Shown here in pieces: positions 27,675 to 36,124 of a stretch of 64,000 bases of DNA. Source of the stretch: Krischvirus LF73P4; sequence record OZ035795.1; one strand, given 5' to 3'. How positions within the stretch are numbered: the first letter of the stretch is position 1; each line of letters starts with the position of its first letter. A program made the translations under genes and the position numbers. The notes under the pieces were generated by a model. It was not told the origin of the DNA, made no database searches, and saw only the letters and a list, made by a program, of their open reading frames with translations.

Positions 27675-27861
27675 CCATTACATCGAACTGGCAAGCCGTA
27701 AAGTTTCAGACCTGAAAGGCGTAATTGCTTACTATGAAGAAGTCCTGAAAAACGAAATTGCGGAGTGGGAACGTAAAGAATACAGCAAGTGCTTAGAGAA
27801 AAGCCGCGCTGAACTGGTTGACGCAGAAGCCCATCTGCAATGGGTGATTGAAAATGTATAA
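27667..27861 (+). CDS. hypothetical protein
   Basis: 64-aa ORF overlapping upstream stop. Confidence 0.4.
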   Translation: MRNHYIELASRKVSDLKGVIAYYEEVLKNEIAEWERKEYSKCLEKSRAELVDAEAHLQWVIENV

Positions 27862-27871
27862 GGAGTAGAAA

Positions 27872-28129
27872 ATGAGTCGAAGTTTTGATTTTCTGATCGC
27901 CAAGTGTCATCGAGAAAAGAAATCGATGGACCTGTTTATGAAATGTTTGAGGTATGAATATGCACACCTTCGTAAACACAAAATTGATCCGCAAGTTTCC
28001 TACGAAAACATCAAGAAATATGCGAAAGAAGTGATTGACAACGATTGCACCGTGACATATAATGCGTTTATTGATTTATGGGCGTGGGATGTAATCTACG
28101 CAGAGATGGACAAAGAAGATTTTAATTAA
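27872..28129 (+). CDS. hypothetical protein
   Basis: 85-aa ORF. Confidence 0.4.
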   Translation: MSRSFDFLIAKCHREKKSMDLFMKCLRYEYAHLRKHKIDPQVSYENIKKYAKEVIDNDCTVTYNAFIDLWAWDVIYAEMDKEDFN

Positions 28130-28143
28130 GTGAGGATTATATT

Positions 28144-30252
28144 ATGAAAATGCATATCGATAATGAAGAAGTATTTGGCAGTGACCTGAGCGGTGCGGTT
28201 GATTTTTCACTGAAAGCAAGTAGCAAGGCTTTTATGGTGCTTTCTAAGAACACTTATCAATATTGTGAGCGTGCTTGCGTCCGTGAGTATTCGTGCAATG
28301 CTACCGACACTCACAAAGAAGCCGGAACCTTAGATCGTCCGTTTGATATTCATTTACCGACTGCAATCGAACCGTATTTTTCTGTGCGTGATTATGGTAC
28401 GGGTATTCCGTCTAAGAAAGAATTAGAACAACTGTTTACGGTTTACTTTGAATCAACAAAAGACCAGACTAATGATTATATCGGATCTTTTGGTTTAGGT
28501 GCGAAGTCTGCTTATAGCTATACTGACACCTTTACAATCGTAAACTACTACAATGGTCGCGCTTATGGCTTTACTGCATTTGTGCAAAACTCTATGCCGA
28601 AAATGGTGCAGATTTTCGACGAACCGACCTATGAAGACAACGGTCTGAAAATCACTATTCCGGTGAAAGAAAAAGACATTCAGACATGGCATCGAGAAGC
28701 ACAATTTGTACTTCGTCATTTTGGGGAACACAAACCTAATATCAATGCAATCGAAATTAATTATTTCCCTAGCTTTGATAATTATTATGTTTGCAATGGG
28801 CGTGATAACGATTCCTATGTAGTATATGCAATCATGGGTAAGATCCAGTATCCGATCCCGTATGAATATGTTCGCGGAACATGGTTAGAAGCTGTAAACC
28901 GCCAGCACCAGACCATTTACATTAATTTTGATTTGGGTGATCTGGACCTGATGCCATCGCGCGAAGAAGTTCACTTGTCAATCGAGACTAAAGCGAACAT
29001 CGAAAAACGTATTGCAGAAATCAATGAAATGATGTTGGAAAAGGTTAAAGAAAAGATCGCCAACATTAAAACAGAGCGTAAACTTGCGCAATTTATGAGC
29101 GAGTATTCATCGACTCAACGCAATATTATTAGCAAGATGGGTAAGATCGGGCAGTGGGATGATCCGGTAGCAATCTATAATAAGTTTGTGAATGCGGGTA
29201 AAGATTCGCCTAGTGACGTAGAAGGTCAGGTGTATACTCTGTATCGTACTCGTCACACAATCAGTAAATTGCGCCCTGCTTTCGTTAGCAGTCAATACAA
29301 CATTACGCATTTTGTATGGATGCATAAAGAAGATATTCTGTGTGTAATTGATGATACCGATAAACCGAAACTGCGTGCACTGACTCTTAACGGCATGGTC
29401 CAGGAATACGGAATCAATAAAAAGGTACTGGTGTTCCGTCAGCGCAACGAAAAACATATGGAGACTTTCGAGTACATCAAACAGTATTATGATGAATCTG
29501 AAATGACCGTGATTAAGGTATCAGAGGCCGATGATCTGCGTGCTAAAGCAGTTAAACCGGAAAAGACCGAGCGTACACAACGTGAAGCGACTCCCAAGCT
29601 GCCTAACGTGTATATCATGGAAAAGATTGGTGACAGTTGGCATAAAACCAGCCATCACATGAAAGCGGCAGAGATTCGCGAGTTATCAGGCTTGCACATG
29701 TTCCGCGTAGGTGATGCATTCGAAAGCCGTAGTCGTAAATCGATCTATAGTGAAAATACATTACACACGGCGCTTGACTACTTCGGGGTAACAAAGTATA
29801 TTATTACTCGAAACGAGACACAAAAATATCTCGTTGACGAACAATTGGAATGTGCGCTAGAATTTGTTCGCGGTAAGCTGGCTGGTCTGGCTAAGAAGGT
29901 TAAGACCAATCATCTGGGGTATGGCGAATATCTGGGTGTGATCACTATGTTGTTTCATGACGATGAACTAGAACGCTGTGTTCCAGAATTTATTGACAGA
30001 CTGTACGGTCGTCATTATAATAAAGAGGTTTCCAAGTTACTCCTTCGTACTCGTTGGATTATGGACGAAGAAACTAAAAAGATCTGTGATGAAAAATTCA
30101 CGGCAGCAAACGAACGAATTAAAGCAGTTTGTGCGAAGTTTAAAGAGAATAGCCCGTTACTGTATGATATTGTAGATAACTGGTATCGTATTCTGCATAA
30201 CGACAAACGCGCACAAGACTTTATGAAACTGGTTAAGAATGTTAAATTTTAA
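28144..30252 (+). CDS. rIIA: rIIA protein (histidine-kinase-like ATPase fold)
   Basis: 702 aa; NDYIGSFGLGAKSAYSYTDTFTIVNYY and the Bergerat-fold segment match recalled T4 rIIA; followed by rIIB. Confidence 0.85.
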   Translation: MKMHIDNEEVFGSDLSGAVDFSLKASSKAFMVLSKNTYQYCERACVREYSCNATDTHKEAGTLDRPFDIHLPTAIEPYFSVRDYGTGIPSKKELEQLFTVYFESTKDQTNDYIGSFGLGAKSAYSYTDTFTIVNYYNGRAYGFTAFVQNSMPKMVQIFDEPTYEDNGLKITIPVKEKDIQTWHREAQFVLRHFGEHKPNINAIEINYFPSFDNYYVCNGRDNDSYVVYAIMGKIQYPIPYEYVRGTWLEAVNRQHQTIYINFDLGDLDLMPSREEVHLSIETKANIEKRIAEINEMMLEKVKEKIANIKTERKLAQFMSEYSSTQRNIISKMGKIGQWDDPVAIYNKFVNAGKDSPSDVEGQVYTLYRTRHTISKLRPAFVSSQYNITHFVWMHKEDILCVIDDTDKPKLRALTLNGMVQEYGINKKVLVFRQRNEKHMETFEYIKQYYDESEMTVIKVSEADDLRAKAVKPEKTERTQREATPKLPNVYIMEKIGDSWHKTSHHMKAAEIRELSGLHMFRVGDAFESRSRKSIYSENTLHTALDYFGVTKYIITRNETQKYLVDEQLECALEFVRGKLAGLAKKVKTNHLGYGEYLGVITMLFHDDELERCVPEFIDRLYGRHYNKEVSKLLLRTRWIMDEETKKICDEKFTAANERIKAVCAKFKENSPLLYDIVDNWYRILHNDKRAQDFMKLVKNVKF

Positions 30253-30263
30253 GAGGTGATATT

Positions 30264-30395
30264 ATGACTAAACTGACCGCTATCCAGAAAGAAACCATCC
30301 GTAAACAATACGCTCGCGGCTTGACTAAAGGCGAACTGGCACGAATCTATAATGTATCAGACCGCACAATCCGCAAGGTTGTAGAAGCAAAATAA
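30264..30395 (+). CDS. 43-aa helix-turn-helix mini-protein, paralogous to the rIIB N-terminus
   Basis: Not in track; MTKLTAIQKETIRKQYARGLTKGELARIYNVSDRTIRKVVEAK; G.T..ELA....VS.RT..RV pattern shared with rIIB residues about 30-55. Confidence 0.45.
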   Translation: MTKLTAIQKETIRKQYARGLTKGELARIYNVSDRTIRKVVEAK

Positions 30396-30457
30396 TTCTG
30401 GTATAATGATGTGAATCGGGCGGCGATAGTCGCCCAACTAATAGAGGAATGAATACT

Positions 30458-31450
30458 ATGACTAAAGCAAAAATCACCGTCTCTGACCGTAACGTTCAAT
30501 GCCTGGATTCTGCGAAACAAATCAAACTGGCTAAACAGTGGGGCGAAGGTAAGTTTACTACCCGCGAAGCACTTGCGGCAGCATTTGGTGTATCTCGTCG
30601 CACTGCCTCCCGTGTATTACTGATTCAGAAAGACGCAGTAGCGGAAGGTCGCAAGGCACTAGAAAAACGTAAAGCACGCCGTAAAACCAGTAAAGGAAAA
30701 GGCGGTGAACGCGCAAAAAAGCCCGTGACTACTTCCTCAAAAATCGTAGCCATAGCCTCAACTAAGTTTATTACTATTACATGTGGTGACATTGTTTATA
30801 CTGCTGATCCATCACATGTTAACTTTAATGAAGCACTGGAAGCGATTAAACATAATGATTTCATCAAAGCTATTACGCTGATTGACATTAAGAAAGCGGT
30901 TGAAGTATATTATCACGGCGCTTTCCGTATCGAAAATGGTATTGTGTATTATCATAATATTGTTCTTGATAATAATCTGACTCGTCGAGTTGTGGAGTCG
31001 ATTAAAGAGAATAAGCCATATACGCACTATCTGAACTTCTTTGAGAAGTGCAAGAAAAACCCTAGCCGTAAGGCCGTAGATCGTCTATTTGACTTCTTAG
31101 AGCACAACGACATTGAGATCGTGGAAGATGGTTGTTTCTATGCATGGAAACGTGTTGATGTTGATTATAAAGATTTCTTTACGCATACGTTTGATAATAG
31201 CCCAGGTCGCACGGTTAAAATGAAGCGTAAAGACGTGGACCCAGATGATGATCGCACTTGCTCTAATGGCCTCCACGTTGCAGCGAAACACTATATTCCG
31301 CACTATGGCGGTGGACGAGGCCGAATCATTAAATGTAAAGTTGATCCGCGTCACGTTGTAAGTATCCCGAAAGATTATGCGAATGCCAAAATGCGCTGTC
31401 ATCGTTACTATGTGGTTGAAGATGTAACCGAAGGTTTTAGCCATTACTAA
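30458..31450 (+). CDS. rIIB: rIIB protein
   Basis: Track ORF 30449..31450; NPSRKAVDRLFDFL..NDIEI.EDG.FYAWK; TFDN.PG..VKM.R..V; C..GLHV..K.YI.H.G; VSIP.DY..AKMR...Y.VVEDVTE.F match recalled T4 rIIB. Confidence 0.85.
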   Translation: MTKAKITVSDRNVQCLDSAKQIKLAKQWGEGKFTTREALAAAFGVSRRTASRVLLIQKDAVAEGRKALEKRKARRKTSKGKGGERAKKPVTTSSKIVAIASTKFITITCGDIVYTADPSHVNFNEALEAIKHNDFIKAITLIDIKKAVEVYYHGAFRIENGIVYYHNIVLDNNLTRRVVESIKENKPYTHYLNFFEKCKKNPSRKAVDRLFDFLEHNDIEIVEDGCFYAWKRVDVDYKDFFTHTFDNSPGRTVKMKRKDVDPDDDRTCSNGLHVAAKHYIPHYGGGRGRIIKCKVDPRHVVSIPKDYANAKMRCHRYYVVEDVTEGFSHY

Positions 31451-31464
31451 CAGAGGAATTAATT

Positions 31465-31791
31465 ATGGTTGATATGAAAGTTACTTGCGAAAGTGCACAT
31501 GTTGAAGTTGAAAGTAGCCAATATTCATTGCGTCCGTCCGGTCGTGTTACTGTGACTATGGATGATGTTGATTTGGTTAATAATGTTAGTGTTGAAGATA
31601 TCGTTAATGAGTATGATCATAGCGAACTGCTAGACGCAATTCCTGAACATGTTGTTATCCAGCACGTAGTAAGCAATAATGATCCATCGACTTTCATTAA
31701 AGAATATGGCGCTGATGAAATGCTCGATGAAATTGGCGAAAAGATTGTTATTGCATGGCTTGAAAACAACGGTTATACTGTAGAACAATAA
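31465..31791 (+). CDS. hypothetical acidic protein
   Basis: 108-aa ORF followed by GC-rich hairpin. Confidence 0.45.
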   Translation: MVDMKVTCESAHVEVESSQYSLRPSGRVTVTMDDVDLVNNVSVEDIVNEYDHSELLDAIPEHVVIQHVVSNNDPSTFIKEYGADEMLDEIGEKIVIAWLENNGYTVEQ

Positions 31792-31836
31792 TCAACATAG
31801 GCCGCTTTGCGCGGCCTTTCTTAGAGGGAATACATT

Positions 31837-32130
31837 ATGACAGTCACGGTTATTACCAAATACGACGACGAAAATGTGATTTACGGTGATGTGGTTGTTG
31901 TTCACGGTCGTAGCATGAAAGTTACTGGCAATTGTAAAGATGGTGCTATTATTTGCGGTGAATTGGTGAGAACAGTCAATCCTATCACCGACGAACAAAA
32001 GCGAGTCATTATCAGAAAACTTAAAGACAGTGGATATTGTAACGTCGTGGTGATTCAAGAAAAAATTGAAGTAGGCCAATTATACACAAATCAGAAAACA
32101 ATTCCGGTATCAATGGTTAAAGGCGGTTAA
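31837..32130 (+). CDS. hypothetical protein
   Basis: 97-aa ORF. Confidence 0.45.
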   Translation: MTVTVITKYDDENVIYGDVVVVHGRSMKVTGNCKDGAIICGELVRTVNPITDEQKRVIIRKLKDSGYCNVVVIQEKIEVGQLYTNQKTIPVSMVKGG

Positions 32131-32132
32131 TA

Positions 32133-32495
32133 ATGCTAGGTCATTCTAAAATAGAAGATTGCTCATTCAGAGCAATGAAAGATGATTTTTCGGTCCTGTA
32201 CGCGTCTATCCGAGAGTTGTTTGTAGATTTTAAGCAATTCAGAGAATACAAAGGAGTTAAGATGCGGGAGTGGGTATTCTGGCCTTTCTATATCATTACT
32301 CTGTTTTCTATGGTATTTTGTTTTGTCGGGATCACTATCGCTAGTTTTGTCACTTGCGTTTTCCTGATTATCAGGTGTATCATGTTTGCTTTGATTGCTG
32401 CCCCGTTTATTGTGTCAATCCTTCCGTTAAAATGGCTATTGGATTGGGCTGATAAATCTGATAAAGTAAAGAATGTGATTTGTAAGCGTGTATGA
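32133..32495 (+). CDS. hypothetical integral membrane protein
   Basis: 120 aa; two long hydrophobic segments (FWPFYIITLFSMVFCFVGITIASFVTCVFLII and IMFALIAAPFIVSILPL). Confidence 0.45.
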   Translation: MLGHSKIEDCSFRAMKDDFSVLYASIRELFVDFKQFREYKGVKMREWVFWPFYIITLFSMVFCFVGITIASFVTCVFLIIRCIMFALIAAPFIVSILPLKWLLDWADKSDKVKNVICKRV

Positions 32496-32502
32496 GGTGA
32501 AG

Positions 32503-33849
32503 ATGAATAAATCAGTTACTTACCGCAGCCTTGAAAGCATTGTACATAATGAAGCTAAGGAATATGCGATCTATTCTGCCGAGGAACGCGGGATTCCTCA
32601 ATTAGTAGATGGGCTTAAACCAGTGCAACGCTTTGTTATGGAATGTGCTTTGCAAAAGAGTAAAGGCGACCGTAAGAAATTCCGTAAGATGGCAGATATT
32701 GGATCTGGTGTTGCTGAGTTGGGTTATCACCACGGGGAAACTAATGCCGTAGAAGCCGGATCACTCATGGCGAATACATGGAGCAATAATACTCCACTGC
32801 TTGACGGTCAAGGTAACTTCGGATCTCGTTTAGTCCAGAAAGCAGGTGCAGCACGTTATATCTTTGCTCGTGTGCATGAAAACTTCTTTAAAATCTATAA
32901 AGATATGAATTGCGCACCTAAGCACGAAGATCTGGAACACATCCCGCCAGCGTTCTACTTGCCAGTTGTGCCAATGGTATTGGCTAATGGTATTAGTGGT
33001 ATTGCTACAGGGTATAAAACTGACATTTTACCGCATTCACTGGAAAGCCTCATTGAATGCACAGAGCTAGCACTTGCCGGAAAACTGGATAAAGAACCTA
33101 GTGTTCAATTCCCGAAATTCACGGGTAAAGTTATCCCGCGAGATGATCGCGATGGTGTGATTCTTGAGGGTACATATGAACTAAACGGCAAGACTAAACT
33201 GACAATATCAGAAGTTCCTTATAAGTTCGACCGTGAAGAATATGTAGCGGTACTGGATGCACTGGAAGAAAAAGATCTGATTGTATCGTATAATGACCGT
33301 TGCTCTAAGGACGGATTCAGATTTGAAGTAACACTGAAACGCGATTATTTCAAAAGCGAAGATGAATCCGCTCGACATGAGCAAATCATGAAGGATTTTA
33401 AACTAACGCAGTTAGTAGCCCAGAATATCGTAGTGGTTAATGAACGTGGTTTAGTAGAAGTATTCGAGAAAGCGAGCGATCTGATCCGTCGATTCGTCGA
33501 AATCCGATTAGGGTATGTTGATAAACGCATTGAATTGATGCAAGCGGAAACGCTGGAAGCATACAATTATGCAATGGCTAAAGCCGAATTTATCGATCGC
33601 GTAATTAAGGGCGAAATCGAGCTACAGGGCAAGAAAAAGGCCGAGGTAATGCAATCCATCAATGGACATGAAAAACTGCGTCCATACGCCGATAAGCTAG
33701 TTTCTATGCCATTGTATAGCGTTACTCAAGAAGAGTATGATCGACTGGTCAAAGATGCCAATAAACATCATAGTGAATATGAGTATTGGACAAAGACGAC
33801 AGCAATGAAGGAATATAAGAAAGATCTTAAAGAACTTAAGAAGGGTTGA
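32503..33849 (+). CDS. 52: DNA topoisomerase II medium subunit gp52 (GyrA-like)
   Basis: ATG 32503 after GAGGTGA; DG.KPVQRFV, GDRKKF.K.A.I.G.VA.LGYHHGE, LLDGQGNFGSR.VQKA.A.RYIFARV match recalled T4 gp52. Confidence 0.9.
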   Translation: MNKSVTYRSLESIVHNEAKEYAIYSAEERGIPQLVDGLKPVQRFVMECALQKSKGDRKKFRKMADIGSGVAELGYHHGETNAVEAGSLMANTWSNNTPLLDGQGNFGSRLVQKAGAARYIFARVHENFFKIYKDMNCAPKHEDLEHIPPAFYLPVVPMVLANGISGIATGYKTDILPHSLESLIECTELALAGKLDKEPSVQFPKFTGKVIPRDDRDGVILEGTYELNGKTKLTISEVPYKFDREEYVAVLDALEEKDLIVSYNDRCSKDGFRFEVTLKRDYFKSEDESARHEQIMKDFKLTQLVAQNIVVVNERGLVEVFEKASDLIRRFVEIRLGYVDKRIELMQAETLEAYNYAMAKAEFIDRVIKGEIELQGKKKAEVMQSINGHEKLRPYADKLVSMPLYSVTQEEYDRLVKDANKHHSEYEYWTKTTAMKEYKKDLKELKKG

Positions 33850-34055
33850 TTATGAAAGAATATCCAGAAGGCGGTTATATTGCATTTGTGTACAACAATA
33901 AAAAGATTGTGCCAATGGTCGTTGAGACTATGGAAGAAGCCAACCGGATCACTATTGAATCTCTGAATAAGTTAGCAGAGATAACAAACACACCAGAACA
34001 CAGAGCAACGATAGACTATTTGATGAAAGAATTTTTGGAGGGAAAGTATGACTGA
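33846..34055 (+). CDS. hypothetical protein
   Basis: 69-aa ORF, ATGA overlap with gene 52. Confidence 0.4.
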   Translation: MIMKEYPEGGYIAFVYNNKKIVPMVVETMEEANRITIESLNKLAEITNTPEHRATIDYLMKEFLEGKYD

Positions 34056-34440
34056 ACGACGCATCACTTCAAATGGTTTGGGTACTCATCATGCCTGGAT
34101 GGTTAATCCAGACAAAAATCCTTATAAACTTTACGATACAACGATTAAACCGTGGAATAATGACGTATGGAAATCATCACCATCAATTAATCCGATGACT
34201 GATCCGAGACCGATTAGCCCAATGGCGGACCCAGTACAGATCAAGCCGTTGCCTTACCAGATAACGACGAATAGCATAGCCAACAAACAAGAAAATGATA
34301 TTGATATGATCTACGAGATGATTAAACTTTGGCGTGATGTTTATCTGGGTGTTCTATGCAACACAGATAAAAGTGCACATGCGGCAGCGGTGCTGGCATC
34401 TCATGCAGTAGACGAAGCCAAAAAGAAATTTAGTAAGTAA
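34048..34440 (+). CDS. hypothetical protein (Pro-rich middle)
   Basis: 130-aa ORF followed by intrinsic terminator. Confidence 0.45.
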   Translation: MTERRITSNGLGTHHAWMVNPDKNPYKLYDTTIKPWNNDVWKSSPSINPMTDPRPISPMADPVQIKPLPYQITTNSIANKQENDIDMIYEMIKLWRDVYLGVLCNTDKSAHAAAVLASHAVDEAKKKFSK

Positions 34441-34450
34441 CTGACTATTA

Positions 34451-34519
34451 AGCCGATCCTTGTGGTCGGCTTTTTTATTTGAAAAGTTGTTTGACTTCCA
34501 TAATCCAGCATTGCATAAT
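34451..34519 (+). promoter_or_regulatory. intrinsic terminator (AAGCCGATCC..GGTCGGCTTTTTT) followed by promoter TTGACT-N17-CATAAT
   Basis: GC stem plus U-tract after ORF 34048..34440; promoter 10 nt downstream. Confidence 0.5.
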
Positions 34520-34550
34520 ACACACAGTGAAACAAAAAGGAGATTCAAAA

Positions 34551-34757
34551 ATGAAAGTACGTTGCATTGAAACAGATCACATCAATTATAGCTTTAGTGT
34601 TGGGTGTGATTATGATGTTGATGTATTCACGGACAATAGCGGAAACACATTTGATGTAGTTCATGGTGACTATATTTGGTTTTACTTTGACAAACAACAA
34701 CTTACTGCAACCAAACGAAACGGTGATCCGGTAGCAAAATTTGAAATAATCGAATAA
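34551..34757 (+). CDS. hypothetical protein
   Basis: Track ORF 34479..34757; ATG 34551 after AAAGGAGA downstream of promoter. Confidence 0.45.
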   Translation: MKVRCIETDHINYSFSVGCDYDVDVFTDNSGNTFDVVHGDYIWFYFDKQQLTATKRNGDPVAKFEIIE

Positions 34758-34763
34758 AGTCTA

Positions 34764-34823
34764 TTGACACCAGAACAAGGGAGTAGTAACATACTCCCAT
34801 ACCAAACAAAAGGAGAATCAAAG
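34764..34823 (+). repeat. PeSL-like cassette B: TTGACA-N17-TAACAT, stem-loop GGGAGTA-gtaaca-TACTCCC, RBS AAAGGAGAATCA
   Basis: About 60-bp module, near-identical to cassette D. Confidence 0.6.
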
Positions 34824-35096
34824 ATGAACAACGAAAACAGCAAGGTGTTAGCAATTGCCGATAAAGTAGGTTACTGGAAATGCTGGGATGATATGGAGAA
34901 ATTAGGCGGTCGCTATCTCGATAACTTAGAGTTGCATTATTGCCAAGCGCGTAATGCAGAAGTTGCGGGAGTAGCAATCGAAGATATTCCGTCTAAAGTC
35001 TTCGGATTCTCTAAAGATGATACTCTAGAATATGTTTTCAAGGCTGTTATGGATCAAGCATGGGAAGACGCAGAGACACGCGCTCTTGATTGGTGA
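34824..35096 (+). CDS. hypothetical protein (downstream of repeat cassette B)
   Basis: Track ORF 34764..35096; ATG 34824 after AAAGGAGAATCA. Confidence 0.45.
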   Translation: MNNENSKVLAIADKVGYWKCWDDMEKLGGRYLDNLELHYCQARNAEVAGVAIEDIPSKVFGFSKDDTLEYVFKAVMDQAWEDAETRALDW

Positions 35097-35100
35097 TAAT

Positions 35101-35271
35101 ATGAACTGGTATAAAATTTGGAAAAATCAGGTGGAGGCTTATCTAGGGTATAAGCCCACCGACGAAGAATTACTTGAAGCAATGTACGAAGACGGAATAA
35201 ATCCGAAAGTAGCCGCGCAAGAATACGCGGAATGGATGAAGGTCGAAGATAACATAAAGGGGAAACTATGA
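35101..35271 (+). CDS. hypothetical 56-aa protein
   Basis: Track ORF 35032..35271; ATG 35101. Confidence 0.35.
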   Translation: MNWYKIWKNQVEAYLGYKPTDEELLEAMYEDGINPKVAAQEYAEWMKVEDNIKGKL

Positions 35272-35468
35272 AGAAAATGATTGCAATTGCTTTGCTGGCT
35301 AGTGCATGTACTGTAAATGCTAATACCGCAGCGATGGTCGCGGCTGTAACTGCCGCAAATGCTTCCGTTATGGCATCGCAAGAGGCAGCACGCCAGCAAG
35401 CACAACAAGAAGCCCAGCGAAAAGCGCATGAGGCGACGAAAAAATTTCACGAAAATAACAAAAATTAG
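35268..35468 (+). CDS. small secreted protein or lipoprotein
   Basis: 66 aa; MKKMIAIALLASAC|TVNA: signal peptide with lipobox-like LASAC (or AxA cleavage); Ala/Gln-rich mature part. Confidence 0.45.
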   Translation: MKKMIAIALLASACTVNANTAAMVAAVTAANASVMASQEAARQQAQQEAQRKAHEATKKFHENNKN

Positions 35469-35530
35469 TTGACTCCAAAGGTCATCGGTAGTATTATACT
35501 CCCATACCGAAACGAACTGGAGGAATTAAA
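35469..35530 (+). repeat. PeSL-like cassette C (diverged): TTGACT-N17-TATTAT, GGTAGTA..TACTCCC, RBS GGAGGAA
   Basis: Same architecture, one stem mismatch. Confidence 0.5.
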
Positions 35531-35773
35531 ATGGTTAAAGTTAATGTTATCGAAGTTGCACTGTATGACGCTGGTATCTTCCTGAATGAAAAAGAAGCTG
35601 CCGTTCTCGATGAACTGAAAACTGTTTTTGTTCCTGTAGTAGAAGACGTAGAAGCAATCAAAATCGCTTCTCGTAAACTGTCCCGCGAAGCATTCGATAT
35701 GATTGATCCGGTTTTCAAAGTTATGCACGAATGCGCGGTTATGATGACCGAAGAAGAAGCGAAAAATTTCTAA
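35531..35773 (+). CDS. hypothetical acidic protein (downstream of repeat cassette C)
   Basis: 80-aa ORF after GGAGGAA. Confidence 0.45.
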   Translation: MVKVNVIEVALYDAGIFLNEKEAAVLDELKTVFVPVVEDVEAIKIASRKLSREAFDMIDPVFKVMHECAVMMTEEEAKNF

Positions 35774-35780
35774 AAACTAG

Positions 35781-35838
35781 TTGACGTAAAGATAAGGGAG
35801 TAGTAACATACTCCCATACCAAACGAAAGGAGAATCAC
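35781..35838 (+). repeat. PeSL-like cassette D: TTGACG-N17-TAACAT, stem-loop GGGAGTAGTAACATACTCCC, RBS AAAGGAGAATCA
   Basis: Shares with B the run AAGGGAGTAGTAACATACTCCCATACCAAAC.AAAGGAGAATCA. Confidence 0.6.
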
Positions 35839-36051
35839 ATGAAATCTATCGAGCAAGTAGTAACAGAGTTTATGAGCTACGAAGGAAACCGCATCTTTGG
35901 ACGTTCTCAAGTTCGCGAGATCGTAGAAGAAGTTGCGGGAGAGTTTGCGGAATCTGGTCACGTTATCACGCAAGAACGTAAAGAAGAAGCAGTAAGCCAG
36001 ATCATGGCTATGCAGAAAATGCGTATTAATGCACGAGCGGGTAAAAATTAA
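35839..36051 (+). CDS. hypothetical protein (downstream of repeat cassette D)
   Basis: 70-aa ORF after AAAGGAGAATCA. Confidence 0.45.
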   Translation: MKSIEQVVTEFMSYEGNRIFGRSQVREIVEEVAGEFAESGHVITQERKEEAVSQIMAMQKMRINARAGKN

Positions 36052-36062
36052 AAAATAGTTGT

Positions 36063-36124
36063 TGACACAGGATTAAGGGAGTAGTAAGATACTCCCATCA
36101 AGACAAAACATTGAGGAATATATT
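36063..36124 (+). repeat. PeSL-like cassette E: TTGACA-N17-TAAGAT, stem-loop GGGAGTAGTAAGATACTCCC
   Basis: Same module upstream of DUF1311 ORF. Confidence 0.55.

Noticed and set aside
34764-36124. Possibility that the repeated GGGAGTAGTAACATACTCCC units form a CRISPR-like array
   Set aside because: The repeats are 250-700 bp apart, each embedded in a promoter/RBS context and separated by protein-coding ORFs, not by short uniform spacers; no cas genes.
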